Source: a virus
Lineage: Duplodnaviria > Caudoviricetes
DNA length: 64,000 nt
IMG/VR virus record: IMGVR_UViG_3300046804_002424
Coordinates: 2,068-66,067 of that record
Direction: 5' to 3' (one strand)
Part shown: in pieces, positions 54,450-62,563 of the stretch
How positions within the stretch are numbered: the first letter of the stretch is position 1
Layout: the number at the start of each line of letters is the position of its first letter
Translations under genes and position numbers: made by a program
Notes under the pieces: generated by a model
Told to the model about the DNA's origin: nothing
Databases searched by the model: none
Seen by the model: only the letters and a program-made list of their open reading frames with translations

Positions 54450-54711
54450 TTTTTTGTGCTACTATTTTATAGAAGACACCTTCATAAAGTTCTTCTATAC
54501 CTTTAATGAGTTTATGATGTAACTTGCATAATGTAATTCCGTTATCAACAACGAACCGCAATCCTGGATAATTTGCCCATGTTTTAATATGATGAGCATT
54601 TAGTCCAGTTGTTGTATTACACCCAGGCCACTGACAAGTATGATTATCTCTAGAATAAACCTTTTTTCTCCATTCTTTATATAATGGATCTTTATAGTTT
54701 CTGAATGTCAT
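54436..54711 (-). CDS. HNH endonuclease
   Basis: RD..TCQ..GC...HHI...NGITLC..HH. Confidence 0.85.
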   Translation of the reverse strand: MTFRNYKDPLYKEWRKKVYSRDNHTCQWPGCNTTTGLNAHHIKTWANYPGLRFVVDNGITLCKLHHKLIKGIEELYEGVFYKIVAQKNGRL

Positions 54712-55672
54712 GATCTACCATATCTTTCACCAAATCAATAAAGGATATTTCTGGTTTCCAGTTTAAGTAGGTTTGAGCTTTTGTTGGCATACCTCTTAAA
54801 TATTCAACTTCTGCTGGTCGATATAGGTCAGGATCTATTTCAACATAATCTTTATAATTTAATCCTGCATATTCAAACGCTAATTCTAAAAAGTTTTGAA
54901 CTGACCAAGTGTTACCTGTTGCCACAACATAATCAGTGGGACTAGATTGTTGTAGCATTAACCACATTGCTCTTACATAATCTTTTGCGTGTCCCCAGTC
55001 TCTATGGGCACTAAGATTACCTAGCTTTAATTTTTGTGATGTTTCGCCACTTTTAACTTGACCAATATACTTAGTAATTTTCCTAGTAACAAAGTTTTCT
55101 CCTCGTCGTGGACTTTCGTGATTAAACAATATTCCACAGCAACCAAATATTCCATAGCCTGTTCTGTAAATTCGCACCATATTGTGAGCCGCCAATTTTG
55201 CTACTCCGTAAGGACTCTGTGGCAACAAAGCGGTGTCTTCGTCTTGATATTTTAGTCCTGTTAAATTAGTACTATAATTAAATCCAAACATTTCGCTAGT
55301 GCTTGCCTGATAAAATTTGGTACTAAAAGAATAATTTTTAATGGCCTCTAGGAGGTTCACAACTCCAATAGTATCAATTTCGAATGTTGTTGTTGGTTGT
55401 TTGAAGCTGGTTCCAACATGACTCTGAGCAGCCAGATTATAAACTTCATGAGGCTGGTGACGATGAATAACGTCGTTGCATCCGCTAGGATCTGTTAGAT
55501 CAAATTCTTCCAAAATGAAATTTGGATTGTTTAGCAGATGGGAAACTCTGTCTAGGGTGTTTGTGCTACTGCGGCGATATAGGCCAATCACAGTATAATT
55601 TTTCTCTAAAAGTAAGTCGGCCAAATAACTTCCGTCTTGTCCATTAACTCCTGTGATAATTGCTTTTTTCAT
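54692..55672 (-). CDS. gmd: GDP-mannose 4,6-dehydratase
   Basis: ITGVNGQDGSYLA, NLAAQSHV, QASTSE, YGVAK, FNHESPRRGENFVTRKI, RDWGHAKDYV. Confidence 0.97.
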   Translation of the reverse strand: MKKAIITGVNGQDGSYLADLLLEKNYTVIGLYRRSSTNTLDRVSHLLNNPNFILEEFDLTDPSGCNDVIHRHQPHEVYNLAAQSHVGTSFKQPTTTFEIDTIGVVNLLEAIKNYSFSTKFYQASTSEMFGFNYSTNLTGLKYQDEDTALLPQSPYGVAKLAAHNMVRIYRTGYGIFGCCGILFNHESPRRGENFVTRKITKYIGQVKSGETSQKLKLGNLSAHRDWGHAKDYVRAMWLMLQQSSPTDYVVATGNTWSVQNFLELAFEYAGLNYKDYVEIDPDLYRPAEVEYLRGMPTKAQTYLNWKPEISFIDLVKDMVDHDIQKL

Positions 55673-56484
55673 GATTCGTCCTTTGCTACGCTTTCTGGTG
55701 TGAAAAATGGTCGATCTACTGAATTGTCTGCATAATTATGATATTCTTCTAATTTATTTTTATATTTTTCGGTTGCTAATTTTAGTATTTCCATCTCTCT
55801 TCCTTCTCGTTCCCTAATATCTTCATCCTCTAACATGCGTATTAATCCTACCCAACTACTTTTACCATCCTCAATTCTTTTAATACGTTGTTCACGGGTG
55901 GCCTTAAGATCTTTACTTATTTTTTGTTGTTCGTTTAGAAGTTTTGTATATTCATTAGTATAATTAGCAATACTATTTCGCGCAAAGCTTAATTGAGTTT
56001 CCATATTGATCAGTTTCGCCGTGTCTCTTTGATCTTCTGGCTTGTCGTATTCTTTATCAACATCCTTTTGTAATTTTTCTGTCATGGTAATATGACGCTT
56101 TCGTTCCTTCATGCTTCGATTAATCAAAATATCAATAGTAATAAATTGTTTAATTTGTAATTCTTCAGCAGGAAGAACATCTTCTCGGAACTGCTTAATT
56201 AATCCTATCCATGTATTTTCAAAGTATTCTAACTCTCCTGTTTCAGCATCAAACTGACGGGCGATTTCTGGCCAAAAGGTTTTACTATGTAGTTTATATC
56301 GTAGTGTTTCGTTATCTTTTTTCTCATCACTGCTCAGGTATAAATTATTTTCATCAATGTATCTTTTGATGGGAGCTTCACTACGATTTAATGATTCTGC
56401 TATTTGTTCTATGGTTAGATCTTGAACATTATCTCTTATGTATTGTTCTTCATCTAAACTTAGTTGTCCTCGTTTTTTGGGCAT
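55669..56484 (-). CDS. Putative terminase small subunit (HTH plus coiled coil)
   Basis: N-terminal LTIEQIAESLNRS HTH; upstream of TerL in the same operon. Confidence 0.45.
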   Translation of the reverse strand: MPKKRGQLSLDEEQYIRDNVQDLTIEQIAESLNRSEAPIKRYIDENNLYLSSDEKKDNETLRYKLHSKTFWPEIARQFDAETGELEYFENTWIGLIKQFREDVLPAEELQIKQFITIDILINRSMKERKRHITMTEKLQKDVDKEYDKPEDQRDTAKLINMETQLSFARNSIANYTNEYTKLLNEQQKISKDLKATREQRIKRIEDGKSSWVGLIRMLEDEDIREREGREMEILKLATEKYKNKLEEYHNYADNSVDRPFFTPESVAKDES

Positions 56485-57131
56485 GAATAGTCTTTCATAA
56501 GAAGTGATATGTGGCTTTTTAATTTATCTAATAGTGGCTTGTTTACTTTAACTCCGTGCTTCAACTTTAAATAAATTTCTCTATATTCTGCTATAACAAT
56601 ATGATCATCTAAAAAGTTTATAATTTCTTGATTTTGCAGAAGAAGGTTGGTGTCGTATTTGTCCGGTATGGGGGTATCATTATTTTCATCGTCGTGATGA
56701 ATACTTTTGGGTTTCATAATATTTTTTTTATTTTCGTTACGATTGCTCCAACTAGCATATAGTTCACAATCATTTTTATTAGAATATTGTAAACACTGAC
56801 TTTTACTGGATGAGCAATGTTTATCATACAAAGGACAACTCAAGCATGGTTTGTCGGGCCTTTGATAATTATTACGCTTATAATTAAATAAGCGATTTCT
56901 TACATGGGTCCAGAGAAAGTTTTCTAATGGGCGCTTTTGATCATATTTCTGCAAGCCTTCTATAGCGAATATAGCAGCTTGTTGCTTCATATCATCAAAG
57001 TCATGGTAACCAAATTTAAATTTGTATGCTAATCTTTTGCTAATATTATCTAATACTTTTAAGAAATCTTCTTCTGTGACGCCATATTCTTCATATATAT
57101 TATTATTCTTGTTTTTGTTTTTCTTCGTCAT
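56460..57131 (-). CDS. Phage-encoded sigma70-family sigma factor with Cys-rich insertion
   Basis: Region 2 DDMKQQA.IF.IEGL.KYD...LENFLW.HVRNRL.N.KR, then CLSC...C...C...C. Confidence 0.75.
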   Translation of the reverse strand: MTKKNKNKNNNIYEEYGVTEEDFLKVLDNISKRLAYKFKFGYHDFDDMKQQAAIFAIEGLQKYDQKRPLENFLWTHVRNRLFNYKRNNYQRPDKPCLSCPLYDKHCSSSKSQCLQYSNKNDCELYASWSNRNENKKNIMKPKSIHHDDENNDTPIPDKYDTNLLLQNQEIINFLDDHIVIAEYREIYLKLKHGVKVNKPLLDKLKSHISLLMKDYSCPKNEDN

Positions 57132-57258
57132 CTAATAGTTCCGCTATAGACTTGCCTTCTGGCAACTCTAAGTCTTTTTGAATTTGGTCGTTTAAGCTGG
57201 CTTCTGCTTTAGTTTCTAATACAGAATCAACAAATTGTGGATTTTGATCATTTGTCAT
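57103..57258 (-). CDS. Small acidic protein (51 aa, not in ORF track)
   Basis: MTNDQNPQFVDSVLETKAEASLNDQIQKDLELPEGKSIAELLDDEEKQKQE; GAGG SD; overlaps the sigma gene start. Confidence 0.5.
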   Translation of the reverse strand: MTNDQNPQFVDSVLETKAEASLNDQIQKDLELPEGKSIAELLDDEEKQKQE

Positions 57259-57336
57259 GATGAACCTCTTGCTATTTTGGTCAACAATACTATAATAAAC
57301 AGTTACACATTTTGTGCAATTTACGGAGTTATAAAA

Positions 57337-57549
57337 ATGGCGAATTACAAGAAATGGCTCGATAATGAACTGGATTTTATCAAAAACAATCAGGATTCTA
57401 TGAATGATGAAATTTTGGCCACTAAGTTAAGCGAAATGACTGGTCAAAGTATTACACGAAGCATGATTCGTCGCCAAAGACGAAAGTTGGATATTAAGAA
57501 GAAACGAGGCCGTCCACGCAAAGAGAAAGTGAGTGAAGTTCATGGTTAA
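57337..57549 (+). CDS. Small DNA-binding protein (HTH-like plus AT-hook)
   Basis: W...ELDFI......DE.LA..L......IR..RR.L and KKKRGRPRK; GGAG SD; upstream TTGCTA-N16-TATAAT at 57269-57296. Confidence 0.65.
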   Translation: MANYKKWLDNELDFIKNNQDSMNDEILATKLSEMTGQSITRSMIRRQRRKLDIKKKRGRPRKEKVSEVHG

Positions 57550-57757
57550 AATGTTATACGCTGCTATCTTTATGTTAGCTTATTGTTCGTCAGAATGTTA
57601 TGCTAACTGTTGCTGGGTTCAACAACCAGCTCCTATTGTTGTGCAGGAAGTGAGGCCTGTGGTATATTATCAGGCGATTCCTGTAACATACTATTACTAT
57701 GTGCCAGTAGCTCTTCCGGCACCAGTATATAACCCTTGGGTTCGATACTGCTACTAA
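57542..57757 (+). CDS. Small secreted Tyr/Pro/Val-rich protein
   Basis: Signal-peptide-like N-terminus followed by VVYYQAIPVTYYYYVP. Confidence 0.5.
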   Translation: MVKMLYAAIFMLAYCSSECYANCCWVQQPAPIVVQEVRPVVYYQAIPVTYYYYVPVALPAPVYNPWVRYCY

Positions 57758-57787
57758 ATTAGCAAACTTCGACCCTAGGATCTAAAA

Positions 57788-57818
57788 GGGGCGGGTGGAA
57801 ACACTCGCCTCTTTTTTT
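57788..57818 (+). terminator. Intrinsic terminator
   Basis: GGGGCGGGTG-GAAA-CACTCGCCTC followed by a T run. Confidence 0.85.
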
Positions 57819-58158
57819 ATAAATGTTCATAAAGAAACTGGCCAATTCTATGTGAGGGTGCTTATTTTTTTTGGACCACCCGGCATTTTTATGAAAATCG
57901 TACGATTTCCATGCTAAAACAAAAAAACCCCCCTTTCGCCCCGCCGTTTTTGACGTAACTCGTTACTGGACAAGGACTTACGACTAATATGCTGATCGAC
58001 ACGATCTTCTGTTTAAGAGCAAATGCTATGCCAAAGAAAAAATATGTTTGGCACGATATTTGCTGTACATAACCTTACGATATTGTAAGAAAAGATTTTT
58101 ATTGACTTCTAAAGTTTTTGTGGTATAATGTCGATATAAGAAGTAAGAGAGAAAGAAA

Positions 58159-58380
58159 ATGGAAAAGACGATTCACACTAACGACTTCATCAAGAGCCTT
58201 CCTAAGATTGTTCAGAAGAAGGTATGGAAGGTTACCGATAAGAATGGTACGGTTGTTCAGTACGTTGGTGCAACCGATAATCGTAAGAGTACCGCTCAAG
58301 AGTATATCAACGAGAAGTATCCTTCTCAAACTCTTACCCTTACCTTTTCGCATTTCAACGGATTGATTACGATTCGTTGA
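58159..58380 (+). CDS. Early hypothetical protein (73 aa)
   Basis: Follows promoter 58102 and a purine-rich leader. Confidence 0.7.
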   Translation: MEKTIHTNDFIKSLPKIVQKKVWKVTDKNGTVVQYVGATDNRKSTAQEYINEKYPSQTLTLTFSHFNGLITIR

Positions 58381-58454
58381 AAAATATTTTCTAAGGTATT
58401 GACAGGCTAAAATCCGATAGGTATAATAGAGCGAAAGAAAGAAAAGGAAATCAA

Positions 58455-58604
58455 ATGACCATCCAAGTTCAGAATACGATCCGCCGCCTTGTTGCTCGCC
58501 ATGGATATTCGGCCACCTTTGTTCAGCATATGGGTGAGGGTATCTGCCTCTATAGCATCGGCGGGATCATGTACCGTATCCGTGGTGATGGTACGATTCT
58601 CTAA
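58455..58604 (+). CDS. Early hypothetical protein (49 aa)
   Basis: MTIQVQNTIRRLVARHG...; follows promoter 58399 and an AAGGA SD. Confidence 0.65.
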   Translation: MTIQVQNTIRRLVARHGYSATFVQHMGEGICLYSIGGIMYRIRGDGTIL

Positions 58605-58656
58605 AAAATATTTTCTGGGGATTGACACGGAAAAATCCGATAAGTATAATAGCAGC

Positions 58657-58782
58657 ATGACACGAATCACCTGGACAACCGAAAGCCGATACCGATACAA
58701 TCTCTTTGTTGACGGTATCAAGGTAGGATACAATCTTTCTCTGGACGATTTCTTTACCCTTCTGAAAAGGTATGATATATGA
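58657..58782 (+). CDS. Early hypothetical protein (41 aa), probably leaderless
   Basis: ATG lies 7 nt after TATAAT (58645-58650). Confidence 0.55.
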   Translation: MTRITWTTESRYRYNLFVDGIKVGYNLSLDDFFTLLKRYDI

Positions 58783-58967
58783 ATAGCCTCGACAAGATTC
58801 TCGCCGCTATGCGTTCTGGCAAGTATGGTAGCGTTATCGACCCAAAGGGTAACGCTCATGTAGGTATCATCAACGCTATCATGCGAGAAGATGGTAGCGG
58901 GAAAAACTGGATCGTGACACTGACCAACCGTACAGTAAGTGAACGCGTGTTCATTCATGCCACCTGA
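58779..58967 (+). CDS. Early hypothetical protein (62 aa)
   Basis: ATGA-coupled to the previous ORF. Confidence 0.65.
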   Translation: MNSLDKILAAMRSGKYGSVIDPKGNAHVGIINAIMREDGSGKNWIVTLTNRTVSERVFIHAT

Positions 58968-59241
58968 GAGGGGGTATGGGGCTAATCCCTCATAGGTGGG
59001 GGATCGGCGGGCCGATTTTGACGTAACTCATTACGGCACAACGACTTAGGGCTAATCACATGATCGTATCGAATAAGTGATTAAGAAAATAAAATATTTG
59101 GCATGATATTTGCTATAAGAATATTTATTGTTTTGGCATAGCGTTTGCTGTAGGAAACCTTACGATATTTTAAGAAAGATTTTTGTTGACTTCTAAAGTT
59201 GGCATGGTATAATGCCGATATAGAAAGTAAGGAGAAAAGAA

Positions 59242-59370
59242 ATGACAACGCTCATCGTAATCGGAAACAAGTATAAGGTTTATCGTGACATGGAAAACGG
59301 AAAGCGTAGACTGCTCGGCACGTTCAAGAGCAGCGACGAGGCTATCCGATTCATGAACAATGTGCGATAA
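59242..59370 (+). CDS. Early basic micro-protein (42 aa), paralog of 60484-60624
   Basis: MTTLIVIGNKYKVYRDMENGKRRLLGTFKSSDEAIRFMNNVR; AAGGAG SD. Confidence 0.7.
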   Translation: MTTLIVIGNKYKVYRDMENGKRRLLGTFKSSDEAIRFMNNVR

Positions 59371-59442
59371 ATATCCCTATTGACGATTCAAGTTTCGATC
59401 TGTAGAATCCCGATATAGAAAGTAACCCAAAAGGAAAAGATC

Positions 59443-59646
59443 ATGAGCAACGACTTTGTTTACGATATGAGCGAAATCAACGAAGAGGAAATCATGAAGG
59501 GTTGGGAAGAAATGAACGAAGCGGACTACATTCCGGGCCTTGATGATGGCGAAGGTTGGGATCCGATCATGGGTGACGATGACGAATGGATCGACACGGA
59601 TGACGAATGGCTGGACGATTTTGCAGGTGAGGAGGATTTTGCCTGA
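59443..59646 (+). CDS. Highly acidic early protein
   Basis: About 27 of 67 residues are Asp/Glu, one Lys, spaced Trp/Phe; has its own promoter. Confidence 0.7.
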   Translation: MSNDFVYDMSEINEEEIMKGWEEMNEADYIPGLDDGEGWDPIMGDDDEWIDTDDEWLDDFAGEEDFA

Positions 59647-59860
59647 CCACCCATTTGGAGGGGTACTATACTCTCCCCCATTGTGGGGGAAACAGCAAAT
59701 GTTATGCCAAATGCGAATGGCATAGGATTCGCGGGGCCGATTTTGACATAACTCCTTATGGCACAACGACTTACGAACAGTATCACCTAATCCTGACAGC
59801 TAGCAAATCCCGTGCCAAAACACCATCTGCCTAAAAAATGTCATCCCCGCAGTTGGAGGG

Positions 59861-59941
59861 TGCCGCAAAATGCTACACTATGCTGTTTTTCTCGGGAAAA
59901 TCGCGTAGCAAAATGCTACACCACTGTAGCAAAATGCAACG
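59861..59941. promoter_or_regulatory. Three phased palindromes, consensus TGTAGCAAAATGCTACA (enhancer-like)
   Basis: Start at 59861, 59904 and 59925, between divergent sigma54 sites. Confidence 0.6.
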
Positions 59942-60072
59942 CTCAAAAACTGGGCCCACAAAATAGGCATGACGTAAACCCTTGTGGCATAAGGACTTAG
60001 GAAAACCAAAGATTTTTTGAGTTTGGCACACCGATTGCTCTTATATATGGTATAAGAAAGAGAGAGTTGAAA

Positions 60073-60240
60073 ATGGTTTATATCGAAGATATTCAGAATG
60101 AGTTGGTTAGGTTGTATGGTGAAAATGGTAAGACTTTCGAGATTGTGCCGATTGGGTCGGCTTTTCTGGTTGGTCGATCTGTATATGATGCAGTAGAGAT
60201 TAGTGGTTGGGAAGATTTTGATCTTCTGGAAACTTTTTGA
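60073..60240 (+). CDS. Early hypothetical protein (55 aa), candidate sigma54-driven gene
   Basis: MVYIEDIQNELVRLYGENGKTFEIVPIG...; starts 34 nt after sigma54 site 60023-60039, with no consensus sigma70 -35. Confidence 0.6.
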   Translation: MVYIEDIQNELVRLYGENGKTFEIVPIGSAFLVGRSVYDAVEISGWEDFDLLETF

Positions 60241-60260
60241 GGATAGGAAAGGTAGATAAG

Positions 60261-60419
60261 ATGAGAAAGTTTAGTTATTACCGTGGTTCAGATGATGGAT
60301 ACGATTATTCCCGTGATAATCGGGATGGATACGTTGACGAGTTTTTGAAGTCTCTCGACCGTGATCGTGAGATGAAAGAAAGAGAAGAAAAAGCGAAAAA
60401 CGAAAAAGAAAAATCGTAA
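60261..60419 (+). CDS. Small charged hypothetical protein
   Basis: MRKFSYYRG...; AAGG SD. Confidence 0.55.
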   Translation: MRKFSYYRGSDDGYDYSRDNRDGYVDEFLKSLDRDREMKEREEKAKNEKEKS

Positions 60420-60483
60420 GTTTTTTGCTTGCATCTTCAAGATTAGACGCTAGAATGTCGATAGATAAGAAAGAAAGTTAGAT

Positions 60484-60624
60484 ATGAAAACTGTGCTGAT
60501 CATGGTCGGGAAGAAATATAAGGTTTACTCGGAAAACAATGGAAAGCGTAAACTGCTCGGAGTGTTCAACACTTCGCAAGATGCTATCCGGTTTATGAAT
60601 ACTTTTTCCGCTTGTGCTGCCTGA
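60484..60624 (+). CDS. Early basic micro-protein (46 aa), paralog of 59242-59370
   Basis: MKTVLIMVGKKYKVYSENNGKRKLLGVFNTSQDAIRFMNTFSACAA. Confidence 0.7.
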   Translation: MKTVLIMVGKKYKVYSENNGKRKLLGVFNTSQDAIRFMNTFSACAA

Positions 60625-60666
60625 GAGAATCTGATAGACTCCACACTCACCCATAGGAATAGAAAA

Positions 60667-60990
60667 ATGAAAAGCCCGATTCTTGCCGATTTTCAGCGTG
60701 GTATTCTGGAGTGGTTTGAAGGTATCGCCATTCCGCATCAGCCTAGCGTAGCCGATGGGGTATATACCCCCATTCGGAGTGAGAAGGTTATGAAGTTCAA
60801 TCGGAAGGCTCTCCGCAAGATTGGCAAGCGGAAGGTGGAAAAGGCCGATCCCCGACTTGTGGGGGGTGAAGATAAGATGATTGTTAAGGTCGGCAAGCCC
60901 GGTAGTCGAGAGAGGGTAGAGGCCCTGCGTAGTCAGTACGAGGCAGTGGCCGCTTGCGGTGAGGAAGTATCCCCCTTCGCGGAGGGGTAG
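60667..60990 (+). CDS. Early hypothetical protein (107 aa)
   Basis: AGGA SD; basic central patch; PGS.ERVEALR motif. Confidence 0.65.
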   Translation: MKSPILADFQRGILEWFEGIAIPHQPSVADGVYTPIRSEKVMKFNRKALRKIGKRKVEKADPRLVGGEDKMIVKVGKPGSRERVEALRSQYEAVAACGEEVSPFAEG

Positions 60991-61259
60991 ACTTCTGTAC
61001 ACTACCTCTTGGTGGGGGTAAACTTTTGTACACTCCCCTTTAGGGGGGTTGTTGTCAAAATGGCAGCCGGCGGGCCGAAATCGTCGTAAGTGCTTGTGGC
61101 ATATAGACTTAGGGCTAATGAGGACATCGTATCGAAAAGGTGTTTAAGGAAATAAAATATCTTTGGCATAGTATTTGCTGTGTAGAAAATTTTTTATTTT
61201 GTTGTTGACTTCTAAAGTATGACCTGTAAAATGTCGATATAAAGGAAAAGGAAAAACAA

Positions 61260-61379
61260 ATGCTTGGACTGGTGTTTTTAATGATTCTGGGCTATATGAT
61301 GTATGTCGAAATCGTCACCTTTTTTGAGAATCGACGAGATACGAAAAGAATCCGCGAGTATTTTCAGAATCGTGGTTGA
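61260..61379 (+). CDS. Single-pass membrane micro-protein (39 aa)
   Basis: MLGLVFLMILGYMMYVEIVTFFENRR...; follows promoter 61205. Confidence 0.6.
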   Translation: MLGLVFLMILGYMMYVEIVTFFENRRDTKRIREYFQNRG

Positions 61380-61423
61380 CAAGTAAAGTTTAGCCTGTAA
61401 GATGTCGATATAAGGTAAATAAG

Positions 61424-61627
61424 ATGGAAATCGGACAACAAATCACCGCTACCTATAACGATGGGCGAATCTTTTCTGGTACAATAGTTCAAATCGAAAT
61501 CGGATCAAATGACGATGTGGTATATGGTGATGGTTCAATCATGCCTAATCGAACCATGATTAGGATCAAAAAAGAAAATGGAAACTATGCCAGTTTCTAT
61601 CTTGACAAGTGTTTTTCAGTCGGGTAG
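61424..61627 (+). CDS. Small beta-barrel (SH3/KOW-like) early protein
   Basis: MEIGQQI....DGRIFSGTIVQIE pattern; has its own promoter. Confidence 0.6.
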   Translation: MEIGQQITATYNDGRIFSGTIVQIEIGSNDDVVYGDGSIMPNRTMIRIKKENGNYASFYLDKCFSVG

Positions 61628-61653
61628 AATCCCGATATAAGAAAGAGAAAACA

Positions 61654-61749
61654 ATGTATAACGACTTTGCTAGCAACCTTATCGTGTGTTTTTTGCTCGG
61701 CTGTTGGGCATACCTTTTTATCTATATTCCTCTTTATTTTTGGTGCTAA
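61654..61749 (+). CDS. Membrane micro-protein (31 aa)
   Basis: MYNDFASNLIVCFLLGCWAYLFIYIPLYFWC; follows promoter 61602. Confidence 0.55.
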   Translation: MYNDFASNLIVCFLLGCWAYLFIYIPLYFWC

Positions 61750-61941
61750 ATGATTACCAACGACATCACCAACGTAGTGATCATGACCGCTAAGACTCTT
61801 TCGGGTACTAAGGTTGTGGTTAACAGTTTCGACGTTATCATCGAAAACGGAAAGCCGCTGATTATGTTTTTCGTTAAGGATGAAAATGGCCAGTTCGGAC
61901 TTTTCAATCAGAACGAACTCACCGATTATGTGGAGAGTTGA
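61750..61941 (+). CDS. Early hypothetical protein (63 aa)
   Basis: ATG directly abuts the previous ORF's TAA. Confidence 0.6.
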   Translation: MITNDITNVVIMTAKTLSGTKVVVNSFDVIIENGKPLIMFFVKDENGQFGLFNQNELTDYVES

Positions 61942-61985
61942 CAAGTAAAGTTTAGGCTGTAGAATGTCGATATAAGGAAAAGAAA

Positions 61986-62081
61986 ATGTATCGTGCTGGT
62001 TTCATCTTTTTCGTGTTCATTCTGCCGATTCTGAACATTGTGTTTTGCCTTGGATTTCTGGCTGGAAAGGCTGCCCAATGA
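61986..62081 (+). CDS. Membrane micro-protein (31 aa)
   Basis: MYRAGFIFFVFILPILNIVFCLGFLAGKAAQ; follows promoter 61938. Confidence 0.55.
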   Translation: MYRAGFIFFVFILPILNIVFCLGFLAGKAAQ

Positions 62082-62191
62082 ATCGTGATTTGGCATACGT
62101 TGGTTTACTGGTCGCTGGTAGCGTTGTGCTTTCCACGATCATGCTCTACAGTTTTTTGGTCTATAGCATCATCACGGGAGATTGGTCATGA
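62078..62191 (+). CDS. Membrane micro-protein (37 aa)
   Basis: MNRDLAYVGLLVAGSVVLSTIMLYSFLVYSIITGDWS; ATGA-coupled at both ends. Confidence 0.6.
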   Translation: MNRDLAYVGLLVAGSVVLSTIMLYSFLVYSIITGDWS

Positions 62192-62496
62192 CTCACGCCG
62201 AAGCAGTTAAGATGGTTCGTGGTAAGCGTAATAAGGATAGCCGAAAGATTGGTAATAATACCTACGCGGAAATCCTTAACGATAATACTGTAGGCATTAA
62301 GTTGCACAGTACCTACGTTGTAAAGATTCGGGACGATGGTACTTATACTCTCAATAGCGGTGGCTGGCAAACTGCTACCACTAAAGATAGGATTAACCAG
62401 TATAGTCCCGTGAGGGTTTATCAACGCAAGTTCGAATGGTTTGTTACTATTAACGGTAAAGAGTATCCATTCATTGATGGTATGGTGGTATCATGA
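62188..62496 (+). CDS. Early hypothetical protein (102 aa)
   Basis: KIGNNT...LH...V......LNSGGWQT.TTKDRIN motif; a paralog begins at 63955. Confidence 0.7.
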   Translation: MTHAEAVKMVRGKRNKDSRKIGNNTYAEILNDNTVGIKLHSTYVVKIRDDGTYTLNSGGWQTATTKDRINQYSPVRVYQRKFEWFVTINGKEYPFIDGMVVS

Positions 62497-62563
62497 ATAT
62501 AACGATTTATGATTTGCTGAAATATTCTACTAAACGGTGGCCGAACTAAAGAAAGGGCCAAGG

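Noticed and set aside
1985-57131. Stop-codon reassignment, or inteins/introns in TerL, portal or MCP
   Set aside because: Genes are long and tightly packed in the standard code, and no splicing motifs or interruptions are seen.
59199-59215. Extra sigma54 site TTGGCATGGTATAATGC
   Set aside because: GG-to-GC spacing is one base too long, and it is the spacer and -10 of a sigma70 promoter.
62090-62106. Extra sigma54 site TTGGCATACGTTGGTTT
   Set aside because: It lacks the -12 TTGC and lies inside a coding region.
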